Virus record (IMG/VR): IMGVR_UViG_3300013006_001903
Coordinates: 1 to 52,582 of that record
From: a virus
Taxonomy: Duplodnaviria; Caudoviricetes
Reading direction: 5' to 3' (one strand)
DNA length: 52,582 nt
Shown here: positions 27,890 to 36,167 of the stretch, one piece after another
How positions within the stretch are numbered: position 1 is the first letter of the stretch
Layout of the letters: each line of letters begins with the position of its first letter
The notes under the pieces: generated by a model
What the model was told of the DNA's origin: nothing
Databases searched by the model: none
Seen by the model: the letters and a program-made list of their open reading frames with translations, nothing else
Made by a program: the position numbers and the translations under genes

Positions 27890-28249
27890 TCATGCTTGCC
27901 GAGCTAAAAAATACTCTTTGTATGAGTCGCAAGCAAATGCATTTTTAACACTTTGTTTGACTGTTTCTAAGTCAAATTGTTTACAACTAAAAACATCTAA
28001 ATAAATGTGTCCTAAACTATCAACAAAATGTGCAACTATACTACTGGTGACAATAATTTGTATAACAGTAAATCCTGCTTTATCTATTAAATTTTCAGCT
28101 GTGTATTCAATGTGAGGTTCACCAATTGGTTGCATGTCAATATCGCGAACTAACTGTTTTATCCATTTATTAACATTATTATAATCAGACATTAGTGTTT
28201 GATCACAATTACTACAATCTAAAATTAAATGATAACCCCAATAACTCAT
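27890..28249 (-). CDS. speD: S-adenosylmethionine decarboxylase-like proenzyme
   Basis: MSYWGYHLILDC...AGFT..QIIVTSSIVAHF...YLDVFSCK. The ORF track's longer start runs through tRNA sequence. Confidence 0.75.
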   Translation of the reverse strand: MSYWGYHLILDCSNCDQTLMSDYNNVNKWIKQLVRDIDMQPIGEPHIEYTAENLIDKAGFTVIQIIVTSSIVAHFVDSLGHIYLDVFSCKQFDLETVKQSVKNAFACDSYKEYFLARQA

Positions 28250-28281
28250 ATTCTGGTATGCTACCATTGCATTATACCCCA
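28250..28281 (-). pseudogene. 5' half of a tRNA (Gln-like) fused to the speD start
   Basis: TGGGGTA-TA-ATGC-AATGGTA-GCAT-A-CCAGA-AT, then the speD ATG at the anticodon position. Confidence 0.6.
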
Positions 28282-28285
28282 TTTT

Positions 28286-28380
28286 TGGTAGTAGACTAGG
28301 GATTCGAACCCTACCGTTCCAGCCCATCTGACCAGTCTCCAGAGTTTATAAGTCTCCGCCGCGCACCAGCGCCGTCTACC
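28286..28380 (-). tRNA. Atypical tRNA with TAT anticodon (Ile-AUA?), long variable arm, short D arm
   Basis: GGTAGAC/GTCTACT-A-CCA; T-arm TAGGG-TTCGAAT-CCCTA; CT-TAT-AA loop; 95 nt. Confidence 0.7.
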
Positions 28381-28393
28381 ATTTTTTCAACTT

Positions 28394-28467
28394 TGGCTCC
28401 GGTGGAGAGAATCGAACTCCCACAGGCAGATTTGGAGGCTGCCGTACTACCACTATACTACACCGGA
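28394..28467 (-). tRNA. tRNA-Trp(CCA)
   Basis: TCCGGTG/CACCGGA-G-CCA; loop CT-CCA-AA. Confidence 0.85.
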
Positions 28468-28474
28468 ATAAACC

Positions 28475-28549
28475 TGGCGATCCTGCGGGGAATCAAACCC
28501 CGATATCCGACTAGACAGGCCGGTATAATAATCACTATATGACAGGACC
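28475..28549 (-). tRNA. tRNA-Asp(GTC)
   Basis: GGTCCTG/CAGGATC-G-CCA; stem CCGGC/GTCGG; loop CT-GTC-TA; atypical D-loop GA and T-loop TTTGA. Confidence 0.8.
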
Positions 28550-28555
28550 TAAACT

Positions 28556-28643
28556 TGGTGGAGGCTCTCCGATTCGAACAGAGAAGGCACTAAGACAACG
28601 AATTTACAGTCCGCCCCCGATACCATTACGGGACTAAGCCTCC
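28556..28643 (-). tRNA. tRNA-Tyr(GTA)
   Basis: GGAGGCT/AGCCTCC-A-CCA; loop CT-GTA-AA; long variable arm. Confidence 0.9.
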
Positions 28644-28709
28644 ATATTGAAACACGCTTTTTAGTTCTTTCGACCTCTCCGCGTCCGGTAAAGGTAATGT
28701 GCTTGAATA

Positions 28710-28785
28710 TGGTGTCAGTGTTGCTGACTAAGGAATCCCGACGCCCAGTGCTAAGAGAACACCTATTCGTCACCCTACTCTTACC
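28710..28785 (-). ncRNA. Putative 76-nt CCA-terminated non-tRNA RNA
   Basis: GGTAAGAG...GTCAG-CAACA-CTGAC-ACCA; bounded by spacer hairpins inside the tRNA operon. Confidence 0.5.
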
Positions 28786-28820
28786 ATATTGAAGCACACT
28801 AAACCTAATGTGTTTGAATA

Positions 28821-28908
28821 TGGTGTCACTCTCCTGACCACTTTTAACGGATGGGGTAGAGCCTTGAGTGACGTGTCTTAGACAGGCTTTATTCCTGGTT
28901 ACGTAACC
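28821..28908 (-). ncRNA. Putative 88-nt CCA-terminated non-tRNA RNA
   Basis: GGTTACGTAACC...GTCAGGAGAGTGAC-ACCA; 3' end homologous to 28710..28785. Confidence 0.5.
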
Positions 28909-28913
28909 ATATT

Positions 28914-28998
<85 letters not shown>

Positions 28999-29011
28999 AA
29001 ATATATACTTA

Positions 29012-29100
29012 TGGTGCCCGGGGCCGGAATCGAACCGGCATGCCGTTTTAGTGGCGGCAGATTTTAAGTCTGCTGTGTCTACCGATTTCACCACCCGGGC
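29012..29100 (-). tRNA. tRNA-Leu(TAA)
   Basis: GCAGA-CT-TAA-AA-TCTGC; CCA. Confidence 0.93.
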
Positions 29101-29116
29101 AATTAACAACAATAAT

Positions 29117-29175
29117 TTTTAAAGAACAACTGCTAACTAAGTATCTATTATATGACAGCGATCTTGTGTTGTCAA
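29117..29175 (-). promoter_or_regulatory. Consensus sigma70 promoter plus boxA antiterminator for the tRNA operon
   Basis: TTGACA (29175-29170)-17-TATAAT (29152-29147); TGTTCTTTAAAA at 29128-29117. Confidence 0.85.
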
Positions 29176-29201
29176 TAGCCTGTGGCTAATATAGCACATA
29201 T

Positions 29202-29387
29202 TTAATCTACTGCAAGATCAGGTTCATCGCGTCCAGGTTTTTGTTTGACTTTGACTTTGACCTTGCTGGCAAGATCTGCTGCCACCATTAGCTTTTTCAA
29301 TTCGCTTTTGTTAGGATGATTGGCCATGGCAATCATGGTTTTTAGTTCTTTGGGCATACGATATGCCGATGTTGGTTTGTTTGACAT
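29202..29387 (-). CDS. Small basic hypothetical protein inside the tRNA array
   Basis: 61 aa ORF filling the gap between tRNA-Ser and the next promoter. Confidence 0.55.
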   Translation of the reverse strand: MSNKPTSAYRMPKELKTMIAMANHPNKSELKKLMVAADLASKVKVKVKQKPGRDEPDLAVD

Positions 29388-29409
29388 AATTCTTAAATGT
29401 TTTTGTTAT

Positions 29410-29501
29410 TGGCGGAAGCGGAGGGATTCGAACCCTCGGACCGAGTTTCCTCGGTCCGCAGTTTAGCAAACTGCTGATTTAAGCCACTCATCCACACTTC
29501 C
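29410..29501 (-). tRNA. tRNA-Ser(GCT)
   Basis: GCAGT-TT-GCT-AA-ACTGC; long variable arm; G-CCA. Confidence 0.93.
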
Positions 29502-29509
29502 ATGTTCTA

Positions 29510-29538
29510 ATTATATATTCCTGTGTCTCTGTTGTCAA
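29510..29538 (-). promoter_or_regulatory. Consensus sigma70 promoter for tRNA-Ser
   Basis: TTGACA-17-TATAAT. Confidence 0.88.
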
Positions 29539-29547
29539 TCATTATTT

Positions 29548-29621
29548 TGGTGCCTCGTGACAGAATCGAACTGCCGAAACCGCCGTGTAAAGACGGAGTT
29601 ATACCATTTAACTAACGAGGC
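29548..29621 (-). tRNA. tRNA-Val(TAC)
   Basis: CCGTC-TT-TAC-AC-GGCGG; A-CCA. Confidence 0.9.
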
Positions 29622-30109
29622 TTTTTATATAAAATATGATCACCGACTATCTTGGCCCATTTCTCACAATTCTGTTCAGTAATACGAAAGTCATAAACTT
29701 CAGGTGGAACAAACATACGGTTAGTATCCTCGTACCGTCCAGAATCAATAGTATCCATCCAAATGGTCCAATCTGCTTTAAAGTTCTCTCGCATTTCTGT
29801 CAGCGGAGCAATAAAGTCGCAGATAGCATAATCGCCAGTAGATTCTAATGCGAATCTGGCCATACGAATACTTTGTCTAATGCGTCCTTCTTGACTAAAA
29901 TCCCAATCATTGTATTGCTGCCGAATATCATTGGCATTGAACCAATTTACTGTTGAACGATAATGTGTTGGCGGAATTTCCATGCTGATCATTCTTTCAT
30001 ACGGAATAGTGTTGATATTGCTGTTTTCTTCAAGATAAGTTTTTAATGCACGGGCCATAAATGTTTTTCCTGACCCAGGTAACCCCATGATTAAGATTTT
30101 TTGTGGCAT
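29612..30109 (-). CDS. Adenylylsulfate kinase-like P-loop protein
   Basis: ILIMGLPGSGKT, DWDFSQEGRIRQ, ICDFIAP; AAGGA SD; stop codon lies inside the tRNA-Val 5' end. Confidence 0.75.
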   Translation of the reverse strand: MPQKILIMGLPGSGKTFMARALKTYLEENSNINTIPYERMISMEIPPTHYRSTVNWFNANDIRQQYNDWDFSQEGRIRQSIRMARFALESTGDYAICDFIAPLTEMRENFKADWTIWMDTIDSGRYEDTNRMFVPPEVYDFRITEQNCEKWAKIVGDHILYKKPR

Positions 30110-30119
30110 ATTTTTCCTT

Positions 30120-30746
30120 TTAATTTTGAAAAAATGATTTAGGATCCGCTTCGAGGCCATTAGACATAGATTTTATTTCTTCCCAATTTTTAATCCATTG
30201 TGGATATGTTCCCGGATTTTTTACAATAAGAGGATCTAAAATAGGTTTTGTTATTTTTAAATTTAATTTATTTAGAATTGCATCGTAGTTTAATTTATCA
30301 TCAGAGTCTAACATGTCGTCGTAGTCTATGATTGTAATTTTTTCAAGAGATTCTTTCGTAAAATATTGATAAAAATTTTTAGCACTATCATAATAGTTCA
30401 TAAATTTTAAAGGGTCTAGATAAAACGGAACAATTTCAAAATTTAATAAATCTCTCGGTGTTAGATGCCATTTTTTTATATAAGGTTGAATACACCAACT
30501 CAACGCAGAATTAACTACATTTCTAATACTTAATATAATTTTAGTGTTTTCGTTTTTTAATTTTATAATTTCTTTCGTATGAGAGTGATAAATGGTATAT
30601 GGTTCAATTGATTTAACTTCTGACTCTGGCAAGGTTTTTAAAAATATGCGATTCTCCTGTAAATAAAAATACTTTAAAAGCGTTACAATATAATAGCTTC
30701 CGGTCCTTCCAGGACCTAATACTATATAAGAATTAATAGGAAGCAT
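30120..30746 (-). CDS. Sulfotransferase-like protein
   Basis: GPGRTGS (5'-PSB), IRN..NSALS (3'-PB), IDYDD. Confidence 0.6.
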   Translation of the reverse strand: MLPINSYIVLGPGRTGSYYIVTLLKYFYLQENRIFLKTLPESEVKSIEPYTIYHSHTKEIIKLKNENTKIILSIRNVVNSALSWCIQPYIKKWHLTPRDLLNFEIVPFYLDPLKFMNYYDSAKNFYQYFTKESLEKITIIDYDDMLDSDDKLNYDAILNKLNLKITKPILDPLIVKNPGTYPQWIKNWEEIKSMSNGLEADPKSFFQN

Positions 30747-31732
30747 TATTTAATATTATCGTAATACAGATCTAGAACTTTATAAATTTCTTCAGTGACT
30801 GTCTGTTTGACATTTTGATGTTGATCGATTGACTCGCACAATTGAAAGAATGCATTGCTATGAAAGCAATAGTGTCCGGCCATGGAGACCTTAGCATCAT
30901 CATCACCGTTGATGTGCCACTTACGCCATTTGTTACTGGCCAGCACAATGTTTGCATAATCAGTAGTGTCTATATCAAATTCTTTGGCTAGATTTAAAAC
31001 TGTTTTAGTTTCAATAACTCCCAGCTGTGGTGCAATGTTTAAGGCATGTACTCCTATTCTGGCTCTTAATTGAATCTGTTCAGCGGTCAGATAATCAGCA
31101 TTATGTTCTTTGAGCCTGATGCCGGCCTGATTGGCAATAGCCACCAATTGCTCGACCATATCAAATTTAACTTCACCTACCTGCCGATCTTCCATGACCA
31201 AGCTGCCAGTTTGTGCTACCACAAACTGCATGTTGGGAAACTGCTTGGCAAATTTGATTGAGTCACTGTACTTGGATATGCTAGTTTCTATACCTATGTT
31301 TTCTTCAGTGCCGAATTCGAAGGCGATATTAGGATTTAACTTTAGGCAAAAATCTATTAGCTTTTCTGCTACTTTATAGGTATTTTGACATCTTGAAGTA
31401 TCGATATGTATGAGGTCAAATCCATTTTCAATGTCTGCTGCTATGGTTTTCTTTGTGGCTTCAACTGCAGAATTCAAATCTAGAGATTTTTCACTGTCTA
31501 AGAAATACGGTCCGCAATGATCTCTACAAATTTTAGTATACTGCGATTTAACTGGATTTATTCTTTGAGCAAACTGCTCAGTGGTCATTACATACCCACT
31601 ATCTCTGTCTATCTGATTGCGACTGGCAATCAACATTAATGGTCTAGACTTGTCAGCAGAGTAAGACACTATGGCATCAATTATGGTGCCGCTCATAGGG
31701 CCAAACCCTAATCTGAAGTTATTCAAGTCCAT
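30746..31732 (-). CDS. GatZ/KbaZ-like TIM-barrel aldolase/epimerase
   Basis: ASRNQID...GY, RDHCGP, GFDLIHID, EFGTEE, KEHNADY. Confidence 0.7.
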   Translation of the reverse strand: MDLNNFRLGFGPMSGTIIDAIVSYSADKSRPLMLIASRNQIDRDSGYVMTTEQFAQRINPVKSQYTKICRDHCGPYFLDSEKSLDLNSAVEATKKTIAADIENGFDLIHIDTSRCQNTYKVAEKLIDFCLKLNPNIAFEFGTEENIGIETSISKYSDSIKFAKQFPNMQFVVAQTGSLVMEDRQVGEVKFDMVEQLVAIANQAGIRLKEHNADYLTAEQIQLRARIGVHALNIAPQLGVIETKTVLNLAKEFDIDTTDYANIVLASNKWRKWHINGDDDAKVSMAGHYCFHSNAFFQLCESIDQHQNVKQTVTEEIYKVLDLYYDNIK

Positions 31733-32195
31733 TAATCACTCTCTCTAGGTATAGGCAAGCATCTAGCACAGCACCACTTCCGCCAGGATTAGGAGTGACA
31801 TATTTGGCCACCTGTTTGGCTTCGATGCGAGCATTGGCCGGAGCGATTCCTACTTTGACTCTGGCCAGTATAGGAGCATCATTATAGCCATCAGCTATAA
31901 AGGCCGTAGTTTCAAAATCACAATTGCGTTCAAACCACCCCATTCTGTCTTCCTCACTGACCAATTGCAGTTGACTGGGATCATATTTCCAATCGGTTAC
32001 AATTCTGGCATAGGTAATGTCCCATCCTGTGTAATCAGCCGTGATAAAGGTAATATCATTTAGATATTTTTTAATGATTTTAAATCCATCCTTATCGTGA
32101 GCACCAAATACTTTGAAAATTTTACCTGCACTGCTGTATAAAATATGTCCTGTATTGAGCACCCCATCGACATCTAGTACCAGTTTATTGATCAT
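31719..32195 (-). CDS. KdsC-like HAD phosphatase
   Basis: LDVDGVL, DKDG, FIADGYND, GGSGAV. Confidence 0.8.
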   Translation of the reverse strand: MINKLVLDVDGVLNTGHILYSSAGKIFKVFGAHDKDGFKIIKKYLNDITFITADYTGWDITYARIVTDWKYDPSQLQLVSEEDRMGWFERNCDFETTAFIADGYNDAPILARVKVGIAPANARIEAKQVAKYVTPNPGGSGAVLDACLYLERVINGLE

Positions 32196-32911
32196 GATCT
32201 AGCACCTGCGATTAATTTATATTGCGACGGGGCTACTTCGAGTCCTGTATATAATTTGTATTGTTTCATAAATTGATATTGATAAAATTTTTGGCCACTG
32301 ATATAGGTTATTTGATTAGCCTGTTGGGATAATTGTCCAGGTTTAATGGCCAAGTCTACGACTAATGCTGTTTGATTTGATAACCGTTCCAAGGGGCTTG
32401 AGCTGTCTACGGTTCCTATAGCTGTGCAATTTATTATGACATTGCAATTTTGATGACGTTCGTTCCAATTACCTAAACTCCTACTGATTGCAATAACTTT
32501 TTGATATTTATTAATGGCCAAATGTTTCAGAAACATTTTACCTATACAGCCATTACCTAACACCAGTATTTTGTCATCGTGGTTGATATGTTTGCAGACA
32601 TCTTCTACTCCTGCTAGATCAGTATTATAACCGAAGAATTTGTCATCTGCAATCACAATGGTATTACAACTGTCATATTCTGATACTGAAGAATCCTGGT
32701 GATCGAGATATTTGATAACCTTTTGTTTAAAAGGCATACTGATGCTGATCCCTGAACAATTTCTAGACTGTTCTAATGTTTCTTGAAAGGTATCAACTGT
32801 TGCTGCTAATGGCACATATTCAGCAGCAATGCCATTGGCCTTAAAAAATTCAGTATAGAAATATTGTCCTTGTTGACCCGGAAACTGACTTATACTTACG
32901 TATTTTTTCAT
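32192..32911 (-). CDS. Shikimate dehydrogenase family protein
   Basis: SISMPFK, CNT, GYNTD, LGNG, INCT. Confidence 0.8.
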   Translation of the reverse strand: MKKYVSISQFPGQQGQYFYTEFFKANGIAAEYVPLAATVDTFQETLEQSRNCSGISISMPFKQKVIKYLDHQDSSVSEYDSCNTIVIADDKFFGYNTDLAGVEDVCKHINHDDKILVLGNGCIGKMFLKHLAINKYQKVIAISRSLGNWNERHQNCNVIINCTAIGTVDSSSPLERLSNQTALVVDLAIKPGQLSQQANQITYISGQKFYQYQFMKQYKLYTGLEVAPSQYKLIAGARS

Positions 32912-33237
32912 TGTTTGTAAGCAGATACTTTGGAAATTTTTCCTTCTTGATCAAAGGTGATCACATCTATGACCTTGATAGTAACACTGCTATTGACAAT
33001 TACTGATATTTGTGCGAATACTGTGTTATCAGTTTCTGCCAATACTCCAACGTCGACGGTGATGGTTTCTACACTGTTGAATATTTTTTGATTGGCAACA
33101 ACTACTTGACTAATTCCTTTTGCTGATATTTCCCAATCTGTTAATTCTACATCTTGAGAAAACATCTGTTCAAGCAGATCTATTCGCTTGTTGCTGAAAT
33201 TTTCAAAGTACTGTTTGATCAATGCAACTTTGTTCAT
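32908..33237 (-). CDS. NTF2/SnoaL-like protein
   Basis: YFENFS..MFSQDV.LTDW..., VIDVITFD..GKI. Confidence 0.7.
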   Translation of the reverse strand: MNKVALIKQYFENFSNKRIDLLEQMFSQDVELTDWEISAKGISQVVVANQKIFNSVETITVDVGVLAETDNTVFAQISVIVNSSVTIKVIDVITFDQEGKISKVSAYKQ

Positions 33238-34766
33238 AACTCTAATTCCTCAAATAATTTAATACCTAAATACCATAGCAATTGATCAAATGGTGGAGTA
33301 TGTAATGGAGACATGTTCCAGAATATGATAGGTATCAAAGTGCGTACTTTGGTATAAGACCATCCTTTGTTGATAATAAATTGCTTTAATTTATCAATGT
33401 AGATGCCACTGTTTTCTATACCGGGTACGCTCAAAGAAACATCGCCGTTGTCAACGGTGACAGTAAAATTATTATTTTTAATGTCACTGTAATTGATGAT
33501 AAAACCGCCCATTAGTTTGGCTAGGTCGTAATAGATATCACCAATTTCAACTATATCTGCAAATTCATGTCGCCAGTCGATTACCTTAAATTTATTATCA
33601 TTAGAAATAATCACATTGTCAAATTGCAGATCACCATGCATGTATCCCGGTAAGGTAGTGTTAGTCAACAGCGACCAATCAATGTTGTTGAGGTAATAGC
33701 TAAACTCACGAACAGCAACACCATCAACAGTTTTGGCAGAAGGAAGGTTGGGATATTTTTCTAAAAATTTATTAATACGACCCAATGTTTTGATTTTATA
33801 AAAATTATCAGTGGCCTGTGTAATATCTGTCTGCAATTGATGAACCCATACCTCTTGGTCTAACCATTGCAGCAGATCTTCAAATACAGCCGGATCATTA
33901 TGTTCGTATAAGGTAGTGCCAGTGAAATAGTCATAGGCAATCCATTGACCGCTGCTGTCTACATGATTAGGGTATACGCTGGGATTGGTTTGAGATTTGA
34001 TATATTTCTTTTGTGCAACGGTCGAGTCCTTCCACCATTTTACTACACGGTTATTGCAGATGTAGGTAATTTCATCTGGTTTGGTAAAGTTGTATTTTTG
34101 ACTCTGTTGAACAGCATCAGTATAAATTTTTGCATTACCAAAATCTAACCAGGTGTCTAGTGTTTCAATTCTACTGCCTAAGGGAATTGTCCAAATAATT
34201 TCAGGACTGGGATGGTTATACAATTTGTCCTTAAATTGTTGCCAGTCGTGTATATACATTACTCCTGTTAATGCTAGCCAGCTACTATCGACTGATTCTT
34301 TGAATTTCATACTGACAATTCGATCATTAACAACTTCGAACATGGTATATTCATGACTGATATCAGCATCGACCTTGGTCACAAAATAAGAGTTCTCAGT
34401 TCTTACCTGACTGACAATATCTTGATTGTAATAAGTATCGCAGGGTATATACCAAAATGGCCCATCAATTTTAGGTAACAGATGTTTGACCGTGAACCCT
34501 GGACCTGTGTGTGGACCAGTCCACTCGCTTATAGGAATAAATTCTATATCTCGATCACTGTAGGCTAGTGTGCAGAAATCACAAACCTGTTGAGCATTAT
34601 ATCCTACAGGGATAAAAAATTTTGTATCAGCAGGAAATTGATCAATTATATGTGCCAGTACTGGCTTATCTAAGTAAGGCAGCAGAGATTTATTTAGGTG
34701 TTTACCGATCTCTCCAGTTCGACTGCCTATACCTGCGGTAGGAATGACCACAGTGTGTTTATTCAT
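33234..34766 (-). CDS. Nucleotidyltransferase fused to an APH/choline-kinase-like phosphotransferase
   Basis: N-terminal PTAGIGSR..NKSLL, WLDFG; C-terminal HGDLQFDN, IDWR, DIYYDLAK. Confidence 0.8.
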   Translation of the reverse strand: MNKHTVVIPTAGIGSRTGEIGKHLNKSLLPYLDKPVLAHIIDQFPADTKFFIPVGYNAQQVCDFCTLAYSDRDIEFIPISEWTGPHTGPGFTVKHLLPKIDGPFWYIPCDTYYNQDIVSQVRTENSYFVTKVDADISHEYTMFEVVNDRIVSMKFKESVDSSWLALTGVMYIHDWQQFKDKLYNHPSPEIIWTIPLGSRIETLDTWLDFGNAKIYTDAVQQSQKYNFTKPDEITYICNNRVVKWWKDSTVAQKKYIKSQTNPSVYPNHVDSSGQWIAYDYFTGTTLYEHNDPAVFEDLLQWLDQEVWVHQLQTDITQATDNFYKIKTLGRINKFLEKYPNLPSAKTVDGVAVREFSYYLNNIDWSLLTNTTLPGYMHGDLQFDNVIISNDNKFKVIDWRHEFADIVEIGDIYYDLAKLMGGFIINYSDIKNNNFTVTVDNGDVSLSVPGIENSGIYIDKLKQFIINKGWSYTKVRTLIPIIFWNMSPLHTPPFDQLLWYLGIKLFEELEL

Positions 34767-35226
34767 GTTCGTAGCTGATTCTACCATGAGTTCGACCACC
34801 GTCGTCTTGTAATCGTATCACATCGTCAAGTTCGGTGGTACTGGTTTCCATAAATTCTAAATCAGTAGTGGCTATTACTCGATGCACATAACCGGGAGCA
34901 ACATCAAAGACCACACCTTCGTGCAATTCTATTACGTCAAAGGTCAATTCGTAATCTTCAACCTGCTTACTGGTCATACCTTGTTCAAGGAATTTGGCAA
35001 TGTCTAACGGCTCTTTGCTGCGATGCAGAACACCTGTGCCACTGAGAACATAGTTGGTCTCATATTTTTGTTCATGTACCTGTAGACTGGTTCTATTGCC
35101 TTGACGGAATAGAATTCTTTTTGATGCATAAGGTGTTCTTACACCATCGGCAATCCACATTTCGTGTCCCCAGTGCTTTTTGACCATTTTTATACTTAGG
35201 CCACTGTTTGTAAATTTTTCTGTCAT
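34759..35226 (-). CDS. Cupin (mannose-6-phosphate isomerase-like)
   Basis: KHWGHE, SLQVH..KYET.YV, PGYVHR, ETST.ELDDVIR. Confidence 0.75.
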   Translation of the reverse strand: MTEKFTNSGLSIKMVKKHWGHEMWIADGVRTPYASKRILFRQGNRTSLQVHEQKYETNYVLSGTGVLHRSKEPLDIAKFLEQGMTSKQVEDYELTFDVIELHEGVVFDVAPGYVHRVIATTDLEFMETSTTELDDVIRLQDDGGRTHGRISYEHE

Positions 35227-35228
35227 TT

Positions 35229-36167
35229 TTACCATACAAAGTTATTTTGATAATATTCCACAATTCTGGCCAATTCCAGATCAAAATTTGCTGTTGCTTT
35301 CCAACCTAATTTTTGCAATTTAGAATCGTCAATTGAATAGCGTACATCTTGTCCAGGACGACTCCAGCTTAGATCAATGTAGTTGTCATAGTTGTCTGAA
35401 CCAGTATGCATCTTAATTATTTTACGGGCAATGGATATATTACTATCTTCATAATTTCCGCTAATGTTAAAAATTTCTCCAGTAACTCCGCTTTCTACAA
35501 TAGTAGTGATGGCATTGGCGGTGTCACTGACATGCAACCAAGTACGTCGAGGTAATCCTCTTTCATGTAAAGGAATGCGGCGACCAATAGTTAGGCTTTT
35601 AACAGCTTTAGGGATCAGCTTTTCTACATATTGGCCAATACCATAATTGTTAGTAGGACGTACAATAACCCAGGGAATATCGTGTGTTCTGGCCCAAGCA
35701 CTGATCAACATGTCGGCAGCGGCCTTAGTTGCCGAATAAGGATTACTAGGTTTCAGCATGTCAGTTTCTGTATGACTGCCTTCTACAATATCTCCATAAA
35801 CTTCGTCAGTAGAAAAATGCAAGAATGTAGGAACCTTGAACTTGTTCTTTTTAAGATTCTGCAAAAGGTTATGAACACCATTGATATTGCTGCGAAGAAA
35901 CACTTCGCTACCACTGATAGAGTTATCTACATGACTTTCTGCGGCTGTATTGATTACATAGTCGCAATCTAAAATGTAATCAATATCATTGATATCTTTT
36001 TTAATATATTTAAATTTAGGATAAGCTAATAGCTCTGGCAAAAATTGAATATTTGCGGCATAAGTTTCTTTATCAACACCTACAACATACCACCCTAAAT
36101 CTAAACATCTTTTGGTTACATGATAACCGATAAATCCCAAACATCCTGTGACATAAACAACTTTCAT
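35229..36167 (-). CDS. rmlB: dTDP-glucose 4,6-dehydratase
   Basis: TGCLGFIG, AAESHVD, STDEVYG, NPYSATK, RPGQD.RY. Confidence 0.88.
   Translation of the reverse strand: MKVVYVTGCLGFIGYHVTKRCLDLGWYVVGVDKETYAANIQFLPELLAYPKFKYIKKDINDIDYILDCDYVINTAAESHVDNSISGSEVFLRSNINGVHNLLQNLKKNKFKVPTFLHFSTDEVYGDIVEGSHTETDMLKPSNPYSATKAAADMLISAWARTHDIPWVIVRPTNNYGIGQYVEKLIPKAVKSLTIGRRIPLHERGLPRRTWLHVSDTANAITTIVESGVTGEIFNISGNYEDSNISIARKIIKMHTGSDNYDNYIDLSWSRPGQDVRYSIDDSKLQKLGWKATANFDLELARIVEYYQNNFVW

Noticed and set aside
28286-28380. Selenocysteine tRNA
   Set aside because: The anticodon is TAT, not TCA, and the acceptor stem is 7 bp.
28475-28549. Possible amber suppressor (CTA in the anticodon loop) and a recoded genome
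   Set aside because: The stem register places GTC at 34-36 with G73 (Asp). Genes are full-length in the standard code and TAG and TGA both serve as stops.
28642-28830. CRISPR array
   Set aside because: Only two hairpin-type repeat units with unequal interiors; no cas genes.
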